The notes under the pieces are model-generated. The model did not search any database, had not been told where the DNA came from, and saw only the letters and a list, made by a program, of their open reading frames with translations. Positions 47,657 through 56,423 of a stretch of DNA of 64,000 nt are shown here, piece by piece. The stretch comes from Candidatus Poribacteria bacterium (GTDB lineage: Bacteria; Poribacteria; WGA-4E; WGA-3G). The first letter of the stretch is position 1. Every line of letters starts with the position of its first letter. The DNA lies in the NCBI GenBank assembly GCA_965220325.1, contig OZ244821.1:3037924-3101923 (forward strand). Direction: 5' to 3'. The position numbers and the translations under genes were made by a program.

Positions 47657-48403
47657 TTACTGTGATTTCAGTTTCCCCCAGAGTAGAGGAAGTTTGTCCG
47701 ATGGTTCCACAGCAAAAGCGGTGTGGAAAATACCATCGTTCATAATCCGCTGAATTTCATCTTTGGTGAGTCCATCGTTGAAGAGACCGACCTCGTCCAT
47801 AATAACGGCAGAGAAGAAGTTGGCACCTTTATCAGTAGCGAGCCACGCCGTCTGCTCCTGATCCTGGAGTTGGAACTTCGGTACCTTTTGAGAAACTTCC
47901 GCTTTGCCATTAATGTAGATACTACAAGTTTCTCCGTCATACACATTGGCGACGTGATACCATTTGTCTGCCTTGACAGTCACACCACTGCTAACATTCC
48001 AAATATTCGTCCAACTTCGGAGGATATTTGGCCCTTCTTTGTAGGGGACGTATCGGTTGTTGCTCTGATCCCATATAGAGAAATAGTTTTGCTGACCTGC
48101 GATGTCAGTAAAGTTTAACCACAGGACGAAGCTCACTTTATCTTGGATAATTCCTTTACCAAGCGGGATGGTAACAGTTCCACCCTTTTTGATTTCGAGG
48201 GCACCATCAAACTTGCCGTTTTCCCAGTTACTTTGCGTAATTGTGCCTTTACGTCCGTTTTCGGACGCATCTTCAGCAACATCACCCTTACCTTCGTCCA
48301 ATAACCAGATACCGACAATCTTATCTGGGTCAATCTCTGCTTGGCTATAACCGACGACGAGGCCTAACGCGAGCATCGCGCAGACAAATATTCTTATACT
48401 CAT
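47657..48403 (-). CDS. Secreted LamG-like (LamG_3) domain protein
   Basis: ATG at 48403 after AGGAG. Signal peptide MSIRIFVCAMLALGLVVGYSQA. WYHVANVYDG ... IMDEVGLFNDGLTKDEI LamG_3 pattern. Confidence 0.65.
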   Translation of the reverse strand: MSIRIFVCAMLALGLVVGYSQAEIDPDKIVGIWLLDEGKGDVAEDASENGRKGTITQSNWENGKFDGALEIKKGGTVTIPLGKGIIQDKVSFVLWLNFTDIAGQQNYFSIWDQSNNRYVPYKEGPNILRSWTNIWNVSSGVTVKADKWYHVANVYDGETCSIYINGKAEVSQKVPKFQLQDQEQTAWLATDKGANFFSAVIMDEVGLFNDGLTKDEIQRIMNDGIFHTAFAVEPSDKLPLLWGKLKSQ

Positions 48404-48563
48404 AAAGTTTGTGCTCCTCTTTTGATGTTCGGAGTGTCCCGACCACAAATCGCCCATTAGCGAAAATGTGATTGATGTATTAATTGCATTAGACTTATCA
48501 GGGGCATTACAAGTTTAATCCGATTTCCGAACTACGGGTAAGTTGTGTAAGTCTTATTTAATT

Positions 48564-48592
48564 TGACAAAGGATCAAGATTAGGATATACTA
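48564..48592 (+). promoter_or_regulatory. Sigma70-type promoter for tRNA-Leu: TTGACA-17 bp-TATACT (an overlapping TATAAT follows)
   Basis: -35 TTGACA at 48564-48569 and -10 TATACT at 48587-48592. The tRNA starts at 48603. Confidence 0.55.
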
Positions 48593-48602
48593 TAATTGCT
48601 TG

Positions 48603-48687
48603 CCGGGATGCTGAAATTGGTAGACAGGCTAGGTTCAGGGTCTAGTGTGCATTATGCGCGTAAGGGTTCGAGTCCCTTTCCCGGCAT
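48603..48687 (+). tRNA. tRNA-Leu (anticodon CAG), class II with long variable arm
   Basis: Acceptor GCCGGGA/TCCCGGC, anticodon stem CTAGG/TCTAG with loop TTCAGGG, T-loop GGTTCGAGTCC. 85 nt. Confidence 0.85.
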
Positions 48688-48700
48688 TTTATATAAACCG

Positions 48701-49876
48701 TCATTCTCTTTGCAACGTCTCCGGTACCAACCATAGAAAGATCGCGACCGCGAGATAACCGATACCTCCTAATGCGAAACCTGAGTAACTTAATCCGAAC
48801 AAATCGGCAATATTTCCGACGACAACCGGGCCCGCCGAACCGCCGAAATCACCAGTAAGTCTCCACAAACCTAAGAACTCACCCGTCCCTTCTTGTGGTG
48901 CTAAATCAGCGCCCAGCGTCATCATTGTCCCCGAAGCGACACCGTTGCCGAGACGCATTAGAACCGCCGCAAGCAATAACCACGTGAATGTGCCTGTAAA
49001 CGGCATCAACGCCATGCCAGTGGCGAAGATGCATATCCCAGGAATCGTCGCATATCTTCTACCGAAACGATCCATCATAAGCCCTGCGATCGGAAACATT
49101 GACATATCTACTGCTGAGGATACCATAACGACCGAGCGAACCTGTTGCGTTGTTAATCCGACGACCTCGTCGGCATAGAGCGGAATGATGATATGACACC
49201 CACGGCGCAGCGTCTGGACGCATACTTGCCCTATCCCAGCGGTAGCGAGGATCTGCACGTGCTGACGCGAGACTTGGAGCAGGTTTCTTAGATACGGTTG
49301 TTTCTGATCGTTGGTTTGACCGGGAGGACGGGTTTCGGGAATGAAGAGGAAACAGAGAACAAAGTTAAGCGCTACGATTCCGGTATAGACAAAAAATGGC
49401 AAACGTAGGTTAACACCCAAGAAGATAGAACAGAACTGTCCGGCGAAGGTCCCCATCCGATTAACACCGCCGAACAGCGCGATCGCTCTACCACGATTTG
49501 CTATCGGGATGACATCAGTCATATAGGCGTGTCGGGCGAGCATCCACAACGCATTTCCGATCCCACCAACCAACTGCGCACCGATGAGTTGAAAAAGATT
49601 CGTCGCCATACCCATGCCGAGGGTTGACATGCCTATCATCACTAGACCGAGCAGCATCGACAGTTTACGACCAAGCCGCTCCACCAAAATACCGGCAGGG
49701 ACATTCCCCAACACACCGACAGCAAGAACAACCGTCGTTAACGTATAGGATAACTCAAACGATTTGACGTAGATCGAAAGTGTCGGTGAAACGATACCTA
49801 TCCCAGTTGACAGTAAGAACGCCGGTATATAGAGCGGTAGAATCAACGAGACACGGCTAAACTTGGGGTTATTCAA
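48701..49876 (-). CDS. MFS transporter
   Basis: 12 predicted TM helices. Motif G-x-L-x-E-R-L-G-R-K after TM2 (VERLGRK), typical of the MFS. Confidence 0.8.
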   Translation of the reverse strand: MNNPKFSRVSLILPLYIPAFLLSTGIGIVSPTLSIYVKSFELSYTLTTVVLAVGVLGNVPAGILVERLGRKLSMLLGLVMIGMSTLGMGMATNLFQLIGAQLVGGIGNALWMLARHAYMTDVIPIANRGRAIALFGGVNRMGTFAGQFCSIFLGVNLRLPFFVYTGIVALNFVLCFLFIPETRPPGQTNDQKQPYLRNLLQVSRQHVQILATAGIGQVCVQTLRRGCHIIIPLYADEVVGLTTQQVRSVVMVSSAVDMSMFPIAGLMMDRFGRRYATIPGICIFATGMALMPFTGTFTWLLLAAVLMRLGNGVASGTMMTLGADLAPQEGTGEFLGLWRLTGDFGGSAGPVVVGNIADLFGLSYSGFALGGIGYLAVAIFLWLVPETLQRE

Positions 49877-49913
49877 TTTTGGACAACTTTCAGCACAGGT
49901 TGTTTAGCACGCC

Positions 49914-50474
49914 TTATTTTGAGAAAACGGTCCACAAAGCGTCCACATAACAGTTATTGGTAACCACATCAAATAGGATAAACTGAATAGTTCCTGGAGC
50001 CGCGTTGTTTTGCATCACAAAGTCTCTCACTGTAGTCAGCGCAACGATTGCTGCTTTCTCCGTTGGGTATCCATAGATACCGGTGCTAATAGATGGAAAG
50101 GCGACACTCTGAATGTCCCCTTGACGGTAGTCTACAGTGAGTCGGAGGCTCTCCTGATAACAACTTGCAAGCAGTTCCGCCTCACCTGAGTTGCCACCTT
50201 GCCACACCGGTCCAACTGTGTGGATCACATAGTTCGCGTGAAGGTCGCCGCCGGGGGTGATAACGGCTTTACCGGTAGGGCAGCCCCCCTCGCGTCTCCG
50301 GATCTCTGCGCAGGCTTGTTCGATTTCATCACCACCGGCGCGCCGTATCGCACCGTCAACACCGCCGCCGCCGATGAGTTCGCTATTCGCTGCATTCACG
50401 ATAGCATCAACTTCCGCCTTGGTTATATCGCCTTGAATCAGTTCCAAGGTCGTCTCTTTAATCTGTTGGTTCAT
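49914..50474 (-). CDS. Macro-domain protein (O-acetyl-ADP-ribose deacetylase, YmdB-like)
   Basis: [34 protein letters not shown] ... VIHTVGPVW ... ISTGIYGYP. Canonical macro-domain motifs. Confidence 0.85.
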   Translation of the reverse strand: MNQQIKETTLELIQGDITKAEVDAIVNAANSELIGGGGVDGAIRRAGGDEIEQACAEIRRREGGCPTGKAVITPGGDLHANYVIHTVGPVWQGGNSGEAELLASCYQESLRLTVDYRQGDIQSVAFPSISTGIYGYPTEKAAIVALTTVRDFVMQNNAAPGTIQFILFDVVTNNCYVDALWTVFSK

Positions 50475-50492
50475 GAAATCCTCTCCTTATCT

Positions 50493-51398
50493 TTAGCGAT
50501 TCCTCCGAATGAAACCTGCTCTGTGTAGTTCCTGTAAGATAAGCGATTCTATCGGTATATCGCTCTTGAGTTGTATATAACCGACTCCTCGATCCGCACA
50601 GAAACGTTGCAGCTTCTCACAAAATGCCTGCTGTTGATTTCTATATTGTGCTAATGTTTCTGCGTTGATTGTTACGGCTTTCGTTTCACCTGTCTCGGCA
50701 TCTTCCACCAACCAATCACCGTCAGTAGATGTGTTTTCTAAGTGTATTTGCGGGTCTGTCTCTTCGGGACTTACAACATGGATCGCCGTGATAGTGAAGC
50801 CGTGTCCGGAGAGTAATTTGAGTCCGTCGGCGTAACCGCTCGGATCTAAGAAATCTGAAAGTATGACGACCCTACCGGCGTGTCGTTGGTACATCGGAAA
50901 TTGTTTGAGACATTCCGTTAAACGTGTTTGTCCGGCTCCTGTAATTGCCTCAAGAACTTTTGTCAAACGCGGGAATTGCGATTTACTTGATATGAACGGT
51001 AGGACAGGAAAGAGCCGTTCTGCGCAAGTGTAGACCGTCACACTGTCGGCATGTGCCAAGGCGATATAGCCTAATGCCGCTGCGACCTGTTTGACGCACA
51101 TCAATTTAGTCGGTGCTCCGAAGTCCATAGAGTTGCTATTGTCGATAAGCAGTGTGAGGGGTAGTGCTTCGTCTGTATGGAAAAGTTTGATGAAGAGTCT
51201 ATCTAAACGTGCGTAGATATTCCAATCGACATGTCGTAGATCATCCCCGGGTTCATAGGCTCTATAATCGGCAAATTCCATGCCTATACCGCGATTGGGG
51301 CTTCGCCGCTCGCCTCTAAATTTCGAGCGAAATGAACGGTTCGCGGGAATATAAAACGGATCAAGTTGTTTCAAAAATTCGGACGTTAGCAGCATCAT
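50493..51398 (-). CDS. DUF58 domain protein (VWA-like partner normally associated with MoxR ATPases)
   Basis: GMEFADYRAYEPGDDLRHVDWNIYARLDRLFIKLF is the DUF58 signature. The start is taken at the internal Met preceding LTSEFLKQL (the ORF track extends to 51476). Confidence 0.65.
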   Translation of the reverse strand: MMLLTSEFLKQLDPFYIPANRSFRSKFRGERRSPNRGIGMEFADYRAYEPGDDLRHVDWNIYARLDRLFIKLFHTDEALPLTLLIDNSNSMDFGAPTKLMCVKQVAAALGYIALAHADSVTVYTCAERLFPVLPFISSKSQFPRLTKVLEAITGAGQTRLTECLKQFPMYQRHAGRVVILSDFLDPSGYADGLKLLSGHGFTITAIHVVSPEETDPQIHLENTSTDGDWLVEDAETGETKAVTINAETLAQYRNQQQAFCEKLQRFCADRGVGYIQLKSDIPIESLILQELHRAGFIRRNR

Positions 51399-51571
51399 AA
51401 AGAGGTATAATGGTGGAAAACATGAATACACAGTATGGAAAACCCACACTACAATTGTGCCAACAGTATAACGCACCTTAGGAAAAAAGACAAGAATTAT
51501 TTGTTAACGCTTAGACAATCGTCTTTTTATTTTTTTATCTTATCAACGGCAAGCAATTATTTCTATTTAAT

Positions 51572-51600
51572 TTGACATACGGGAAAAAATAGTGTATAAT
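51572..51600 (+). promoter_or_regulatory. Consensus sigma70 promoter TTGACA-17 bp-TATAAT driving the tRNA cluster
   Basis: -35 at 51572-51577, -10 at 51595-51600. A leader of about 95 nt precedes tRNA-Pro. Confidence 0.6.
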
Positions 51601-51698
51601 TTAGGTGATTGGAAAAGCGTGTGAGGGCGACTTGCTGATGTCTGTTCCGTCCCTCGTTAGGGTGGTATCGCTTGTAAATGGATGCCCTTTATGCTTTT

Positions 51699-51774
<76 letters not shown>

Positions 51775-51797
51775 TCAAAATGGAACATTTAACACGA

Positions 51798-51871
<74 letters not shown>

Positions 51872-51904
51872 GTTTTCATATTGTTGATGGCAGCATTAAA
51901 ATAT

Positions 51905-51978
51905 GGTGGATGTAGCTCAGGGGTAGAGCACTTGACTGTGGATCAAGTGGTCGTGGGTTCAAATCCCATCATCCACCC
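51905..51978 (+). tRNA. tRNA-His (anticodon GTG)
   Basis: Acceptor GGTGGAT/ATCCACC. Anticodon stem CTTGA/TCAAG with loop CTGTGGA. T-loop GGTTCAAATCC. Confidence 0.85.
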
Positions 51979-51984
51979 TCATGA

Positions 51985-52057
51985 GCGTCCGTAGTTCAAT
52001 GGATAGAGCAATAGTCTTCGGAACTATAAGTTGGGGGTTCGAATCCCTCCGGACGCG
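51985..52057 (+). tRNA. tRNA-Arg (anticodon TCG)
   Basis: Acceptor GCGTCCG/CGGACGC. Anticodon stem ATAGT/ACTAT with loop CTTCGGA. T-loop GGTTCGAATCC. Confidence 0.75.
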
Positions 52058-52113
52058 AATACTTATGGATGCCGAGCGGGCACTTCAAAAGCAGTATAGC
52101 AGAATGAGCAAGT

Positions 52114-52186
52114 GCGCCGTTAGCTCAATTGGCAGAGCATCTGACTCTTAATCAGGCGGTTGAAGGTTCGATTCCTTCACGGCGCA
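52114..52186 (+). tRNA. tRNA-Lys (anticodon CTT)
   Basis: Acceptor GCGCCGT/ACGGCGC. Anticodon stem TCTGA/TCAGG with loop CTCTTAA. T-loop GGTTCGATTCC. Confidence 0.75.
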
Positions 52187-52210
52187 TCGTCGATAACGCG
52201 GACAGAATTC

Positions 52211-52296
52211 GGGCGGGTGCTGGAATTTGGTAGACAGGATAGACTTAGGATCTATTGGGGTTACGCCTCGTGAGGGTTCAAGTCCCTCCTCGCCCA
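52211..52296 (+). tRNA. tRNA-Leu (anticodon TAG), class II with long variable arm
   Basis: Acceptor GGGCGGG/CTCGCCC (one G-U pair). Anticodon stem ATAGA/TCTAT with loop CTTAGGA. T-loop GGTTCAAGTCC. 86 nt. Confidence 0.8.
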
Positions 52297-52527
52297 TAGT
52301 TGCATTTGATTAAAGGGGCACGCAGAACAACACGGTTAAACACCGCCAAATAAATGGGATTGCCAAATTTTAATCGAGAGTGAAACCACACTCGCTACAG
52401 AAGTGTGTCGGTTTGATCAATAACCGGATTGTGCTGTCAAAGCATAGTTCGTCTTTTTTTAACTTTTTGACGAGGCGACACTTCAAAGGGTATCCCGGAT
52501 TTGGATGCCCAGCGTGAGGACAAAAGT

Positions 52528-53832
52528 TTGAGAGTTCAAGTTGAAAGATTAGACACCACGCAAGTCCGTCTGGACATAGAGGTTCCCGTTGAAGACGTTA
52601 ACGCAGCGTTGAAGGAAGCTTATGAGGCACTCCGCACACAAGTTTCTATCCCCGGTTTCCGGAAAGGACGCGTGCCGGTAGCAATCCTGAAATCTCGATT
52701 CCCTGATTATATCAGCAATGAAGCCGTCCGGTACCTCATCGCTCCTGCTTACGAAGATGCTATTCAACGCGAAAACCTGAATCCACTCTCTCAACCGACG
52801 TTCACACCGTCTCTTGACGAATTGCAAGTTAAGGAAAACGAACCGCTGGCATTCTCCGCCACGGTAGATATTCGCCCCGATATAGATATCCCGCCCTACG
52901 AAGAGCTCGTAACCGATAAAAACCCTGTCAATGTACCCCGTGAAGATGTTGATGCCTATATCACGCGCCTGCAAACGCAATCTGCGACTTACGAACCGCT
53001 TGACGTTGAACGTCCAGTTCAAGAGGAGGACTGCGTCCGAATAGATTGGGAATGCCTCATTAATGGGGAACGGATTGATGCCGAATCAAGAACAGATGTC
53101 GATATAGAACTCGGTATCGGCGGCATACACGAAAAACTTGAGCAAGCAATCCTCGGCATGCAGATCGCGGAGACGAAATCCGTAGACATCGATTTTCCGC
53201 AAGAACATACAAACCCTGATCTCGCTGGCGAAACCGCTCAATATGAGATTACGCTGCACGCTATCACAGAGAAGCATCTGCCGCTCTTGGATGATGAATT
53301 TGCGAAGGACCTCGGCTATGAAAACTATTCTCAACTTTACGGTGTGATATGGAACAATATGGTTGAAGAAGAGACGAGTTTACATGTTGATAAACAGAAA
53401 GCAGAATTGCTGGCGCAACTTATTGAAAAAATTGATATTACGATCCCGGAACCGTTAGTGGATCAGTACGTCCAACAGACGCTTCAAAATGTGAAACAGC
53501 AACTTGCACGCGAACAGAGGACACCTGAGGATGCTGGTATTAATATGGAGACACTGCCTGATGAACTTCGGCGGGATGTCATCCAACAAACAAAGCAGTC
53601 CTGGATATTCAGCACAATCGCTGAAGAAGAGGGTATTTACGTATCCGACGATGAATTGGAATACGAGATCCGTCGTGTCGCTGAACAACAGAACCGAGAT
53701 GCTCAAAAGTATGCTGACATGTTGAAATCAAGTAATCGCTTGGAAGATTTTCGCGGGCAACTCCAACATGAGAAAATCTATCAGTTCCTTATTCATCGAG
53801 CGTCCGCGAAACAGTCGCTCATAATTACCTGA
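52528..53832 (+). CDS. tig: Trigger factor (ribosome-associated peptidyl-prolyl isomerase chaperone)
   Basis: N-terminus RVQVERLDTTQVRLDIEVP...SIPGFRKGRVP (ribosome-binding GFRxGxxP signature). A central FKBP-like region and a C-terminal helical arm. Probable TTG start 7 nt after GAGGA. Confidence 0.85.
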   Translation: MRVQVERLDTTQVRLDIEVPVEDVNAALKEAYEALRTQVSIPGFRKGRVPVAILKSRFPDYISNEAVRYLIAPAYEDAIQRENLNPLSQPTFTPSLDELQVKENEPLAFSATVDIRPDIDIPPYEELVTDKNPVNVPREDVDAYITRLQTQSATYEPLDVERPVQEEDCVRIDWECLINGERIDAESRTDVDIELGIGGIHEKLEQAILGMQIAETKSVDIDFPQEHTNPDLAGETAQYEITLHAITEKHLPLLDDEFAKDLGYENYSQLYGVIWNNMVEEETSLHVDKQKAELLAQLIEKIDITIPEPLVDQYVQQTLQNVKQQLAREQRTPEDAGINMETLPDELRRDVIQQTKQSWIFSTIAEEEGIYVSDDELEYEIRRVAEQQNRDAQKYADMLKSSNRLEDFRGQLQHEKIYQFLIHRASAKQSLIIT

Positions 53833-53865
53833 TCTGCTCTGTGTCAATAGATACACGTAAGTTAT

Positions 53866-54144
53866 GGGTGTGTAAATATTTTGTCAATTGTCGTCTGAAT
53901 ACAAGTCGCTTATGGTATTTCTGCGGATTTCTTCAAGTCCGCCGCAAATCTCGGATTTTCACAAATTGGGAAATACTTGGCGATCGAGCTCGTTAGGGCG
54001 CAAGCTAACAGCATACGCTACAAAAGAGCAGTTCTTATCGAAGAGAGACTCTTAGGTTGTTGGGTTCGTTAGGGCGCAAGCTAACAGCGGACGCTACAAA
54101 AGATGATATGCTACAAAATCGCGCACCAAAAACTTTACACACTC
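53866..54144. mobile_element. MITE-like internally deleted derivative of the adjacent ISKra4-family IS (IS-end-like inverted repeats, no transposase)
   Basis: Left end GGGTGTGTAAATATTTTG resembles the IS left IR GGGTGTGTAAAGTTTTTGG. Right end CCAAAAACTTTACACAC equals the IS right IR. The interior contains two copies of CGTTAGGGCGCAAGCTAACAGC. Confidence 0.4.
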
Positions 54145-54153
54145 CTGCGATAC

Positions 54154-55594
54154 AGGGTGTGTAAAGTTTTTGGCAGCGTATTTTTGAAGATATGAGTTGA
54201 AGTTTGTCAATAAAAATGGTATCCTCTCGCAAAGATGATAAAGTTGAGTATCGTAAGGAGAAGATACCATGTCTAACATTGTAGCAGAAATTCAGCAAGA
54301 AATGGAAGATATTTTTCAAGAGTTAAGTGATACCGAGGACGTTTCGGTTTCGACCGTAGAGGCGCGTGTGTCTAAGGCTGCCGATTCTTGGGCACAAAGG
54401 TTATCCGAGTCGGTTCTATCAGAGACAGCGAGTTGTAAGGAGACATCGCCTGTGAGTGTTGCGTGTCCATCTTGTCAAGGGCATAGTCATAGGTATCGGT
54501 GCCGGGCGCGCAACTTCACGACGGTTTGTGGTGTTCTGCGTATCTCAAGATGGGCGTATAAATGTCAATGTGGTTATATTCATGTGCCTTGGGAGGCTAA
54601 GCAAGGGTTGAAAGGACGGTATACACAGGCGGTTGCCAAAGCGATGATGCGTGTCGCTGCACAGTTGAACTATCGTGCGGCGGCGGCGGAGTTGAAGCAT
54701 CAAGGCATTGAAGTGAGTCATACGACGCTGCATCAGAAGGTTCAGGAGTGGTCAGCAGGCGAAGTTATCTCTGATTATGTGGCATCGGAATGCTTGGAGT
54801 CTGATGCGCGTTGGTATGTCAGTTTTGATGGGTGCCACACGAACTCACCTGTCGGTTGGCAGGAGGTGAAAGTCGGGTGCATCGGTAAAGATTATCCGCA
54901 CCAGAACGCGACCTCGGTGATGAAAATCCGTCCACCGAGTCTCCGTTATATCGCTTCTCGGAGTTGTGCGTCGGATTTCGGAGAGCAGTTGTCTGCGTTA
55001 GCGACACAGACCGGTATTTATCAAGACGAAAAAACGATAGACACCGAAGAAGTCGTTGTTATCGGTGATGGGGCAGTGTGGATATGGAACTTGGCAGATG
55101 AACACTTCCCGGGTGCCACCGAAATCGTTGACTTTATGCATGCCAAGAAACATTTACATGATGTTGCCAAACTTGCTTTCGGCGAAGATGACTCAGACCG
55201 TGTAGAGACTTGGGTGCGGACAACCGAGACCCCCCTTTACAATGGAGAGACATCGCAAGTCGTCGCACGCATACGAGAGTTGGCAACAGAAAACCCAGCG
55301 ATAGGAGATGTCCTCGAAAAAGAAGTCCGCTATTTTCAAAAAAATGCTCATCGCATGCAATATCGGACGTTCAACGAAAAAGGCTATCAGATCGGCAGTG
55401 GTGTCATTGAGAGTGCTTGTAAACACGTCGTCGCTGAACGCTGTAAACAAGCAGGCATGCGATGGAGCACACCCGGGATAAATGCCATACTCTTTTGGCG
55501 ATGTTTGCTAAAGAATGACGCAGCAGATACTTATTGGGATACACAAACTATGCCAAACGCAGCATAAATACGCTGCCAAAAACTTTACACACCC
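54154..55594 (+). mobile_element. Insertion sequence of the ISKra4 family with about 28-bp terminal inverted repeats, inserted in the tig-clpP intergenic region
   Basis: Left IR GGGTGTGTAAAGTTTTTGGCAGCGTAT at 54154-54180 is the reverse complement of the right IR ATACGCTGCCAAAAACTTTACACACCC at 55568-55594. A single transposase ORF lies between. No clear target-site duplication. Confidence 0.75.
54269..55567 (+). CDS. ISKra4-family DDE transposase
   Basis: RBS AAGGAG. N-terminal Cys cluster (CPSCQGHSHRYRC). GDGAVWIWN ... DFMHAKKHLHD ... YQIGSGVIESACKHVVAERCKQAGMRWS motifs typical of ISKra4-type transposases. Confidence 0.7.
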   Translation: MSNIVAEIQQEMEDIFQELSDTEDVSVSTVEARVSKAADSWAQRLSESVLSETASCKETSPVSVACPSCQGHSHRYRCRARNFTTVCGVLRISRWAYKCQCGYIHVPWEAKQGLKGRYTQAVAKAMMRVAAQLNYRAAAAELKHQGIEVSHTTLHQKVQEWSAGEVISDYVASECLESDARWYVSFDGCHTNSPVGWQEVKVGCIGKDYPHQNATSVMKIRPPSLRYIASRSCASDFGEQLSALATQTGIYQDEKTIDTEEVVVIGDGAVWIWNLADEHFPGATEIVDFMHAKKHLHDVAKLAFGEDDSDRVETWVRTTETPLYNGETSQVVARIRELATENPAIGDVLEKEVRYFQKNAHRMQYRTFNEKGYQIGSGVIESACKHVVAERCKQAGMRWSTPGINAILFWRCLLKNDAADTYWDTQTMPNAA

Positions 55595-55645
55595 TAAGTT
55601 ATAAGTTATAAGTTAAGCAAGTTTCAATATTAAATAGATGTTTGC

Positions 55646-55674
55646 TCTTCGGATGGATTGGAAGATTGGAAGGG
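55646..55674 (+). promoter_or_regulatory. 29-bp element TCTTCGGATGGATTGGAAGATTGGAAGGG (direct heptad repeat TTGGAAG-A-TTGGAAG) about 105 bp upstream of clpP
   Basis: Near-identical to 17236-17265. Flanked by the palindromes GGATGG/CCATCC and GGAAGG/CCTTCC. Confidence 0.5.
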
Positions 55675-55778
55675 TTCCATCCTTCGCCCCTTCCATTTTT
55701 CCTGTTTGCCATCCTTCCTCAAAAGTTGAAATTTGTTCCTTAATATTGCTTAAACTTTAATTCGGATTGGAAATAAAG

Positions 55779-56381
55779 ATGAATCTTGTACCTGTCGTCG
55801 TCGAACAAACCGGTCGAGGGGAGCGCTCTTATGATATTTATTCTCGGCTACTTGAAGACCGGATTATCATGATTGGAACATCCATTGATGATGATGTTGT
55901 CGCGAGTCTTGTAACAGCACAAATGCTTTTCTTGGAGGGCAAGGACCCCGATGCGGATATCGTTCTCTACATTAACACCCCCGGCGGTTCCGTCTCCGCA
56001 GGATTGGCAATTTACGATACAATGCAGTACATCAAAGCAGATGTCCAAACTTGGTGTTTAGGTAGAGCTTATAGCATGGGTGCGGTTCTGCTTGCCGCGG
56101 GAGCACCGGGTAAACGCTACGCACTCCCTCACGCGAAAGCTCTCATTCATCAGCCGATGGCAACCGGTATCGCAGGACAAGCCTCTGATATTAGTATTCA
56201 CGCGAAAGAAATTTTACACGAACGAGATCGACTTTATGCTATTTTAGCCGAACATACCGGTCAAAATGTTGAGAAGATCTCTGTCGATGCTGATCGAGAT
56301 TTTTATATGACTGCGGATCAGGCGCTCGAATATGGACTCGTTGACCACGTTGTCGCGCAACGTGCCACACAGAGTGAATAG
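55779..56381 (+). CDS. clpP: ATP-dependent Clp protease proteolytic subunit
   Basis: Ser in [11 protein letters not shown], His in HQPM and Asp in DRDFYM form the catalytic triad. ATG at 55779. Confidence 0.9.
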   Translation: MNLVPVVVEQTGRGERSYDIYSRLLEDRIIMIGTSIDDDVVASLVTAQMLFLEGKDPDADIVLYINTPGGSVSAGLAIYDTMQYIKADVQTWCLGRAYSMGAVLLAAGAPGKRYALPHAKALIHQPMATGIAGQASDISIHAKEILHERDRLYAILAEHTGQNVEKISVDADRDFYMTADQALEYGLVDHVVAQRATQSE

Positions 56382-56423
56382 CCATCGGAAACCATCGGCA
56401 GTCGGGAAAGAAAGGAGAACTCT

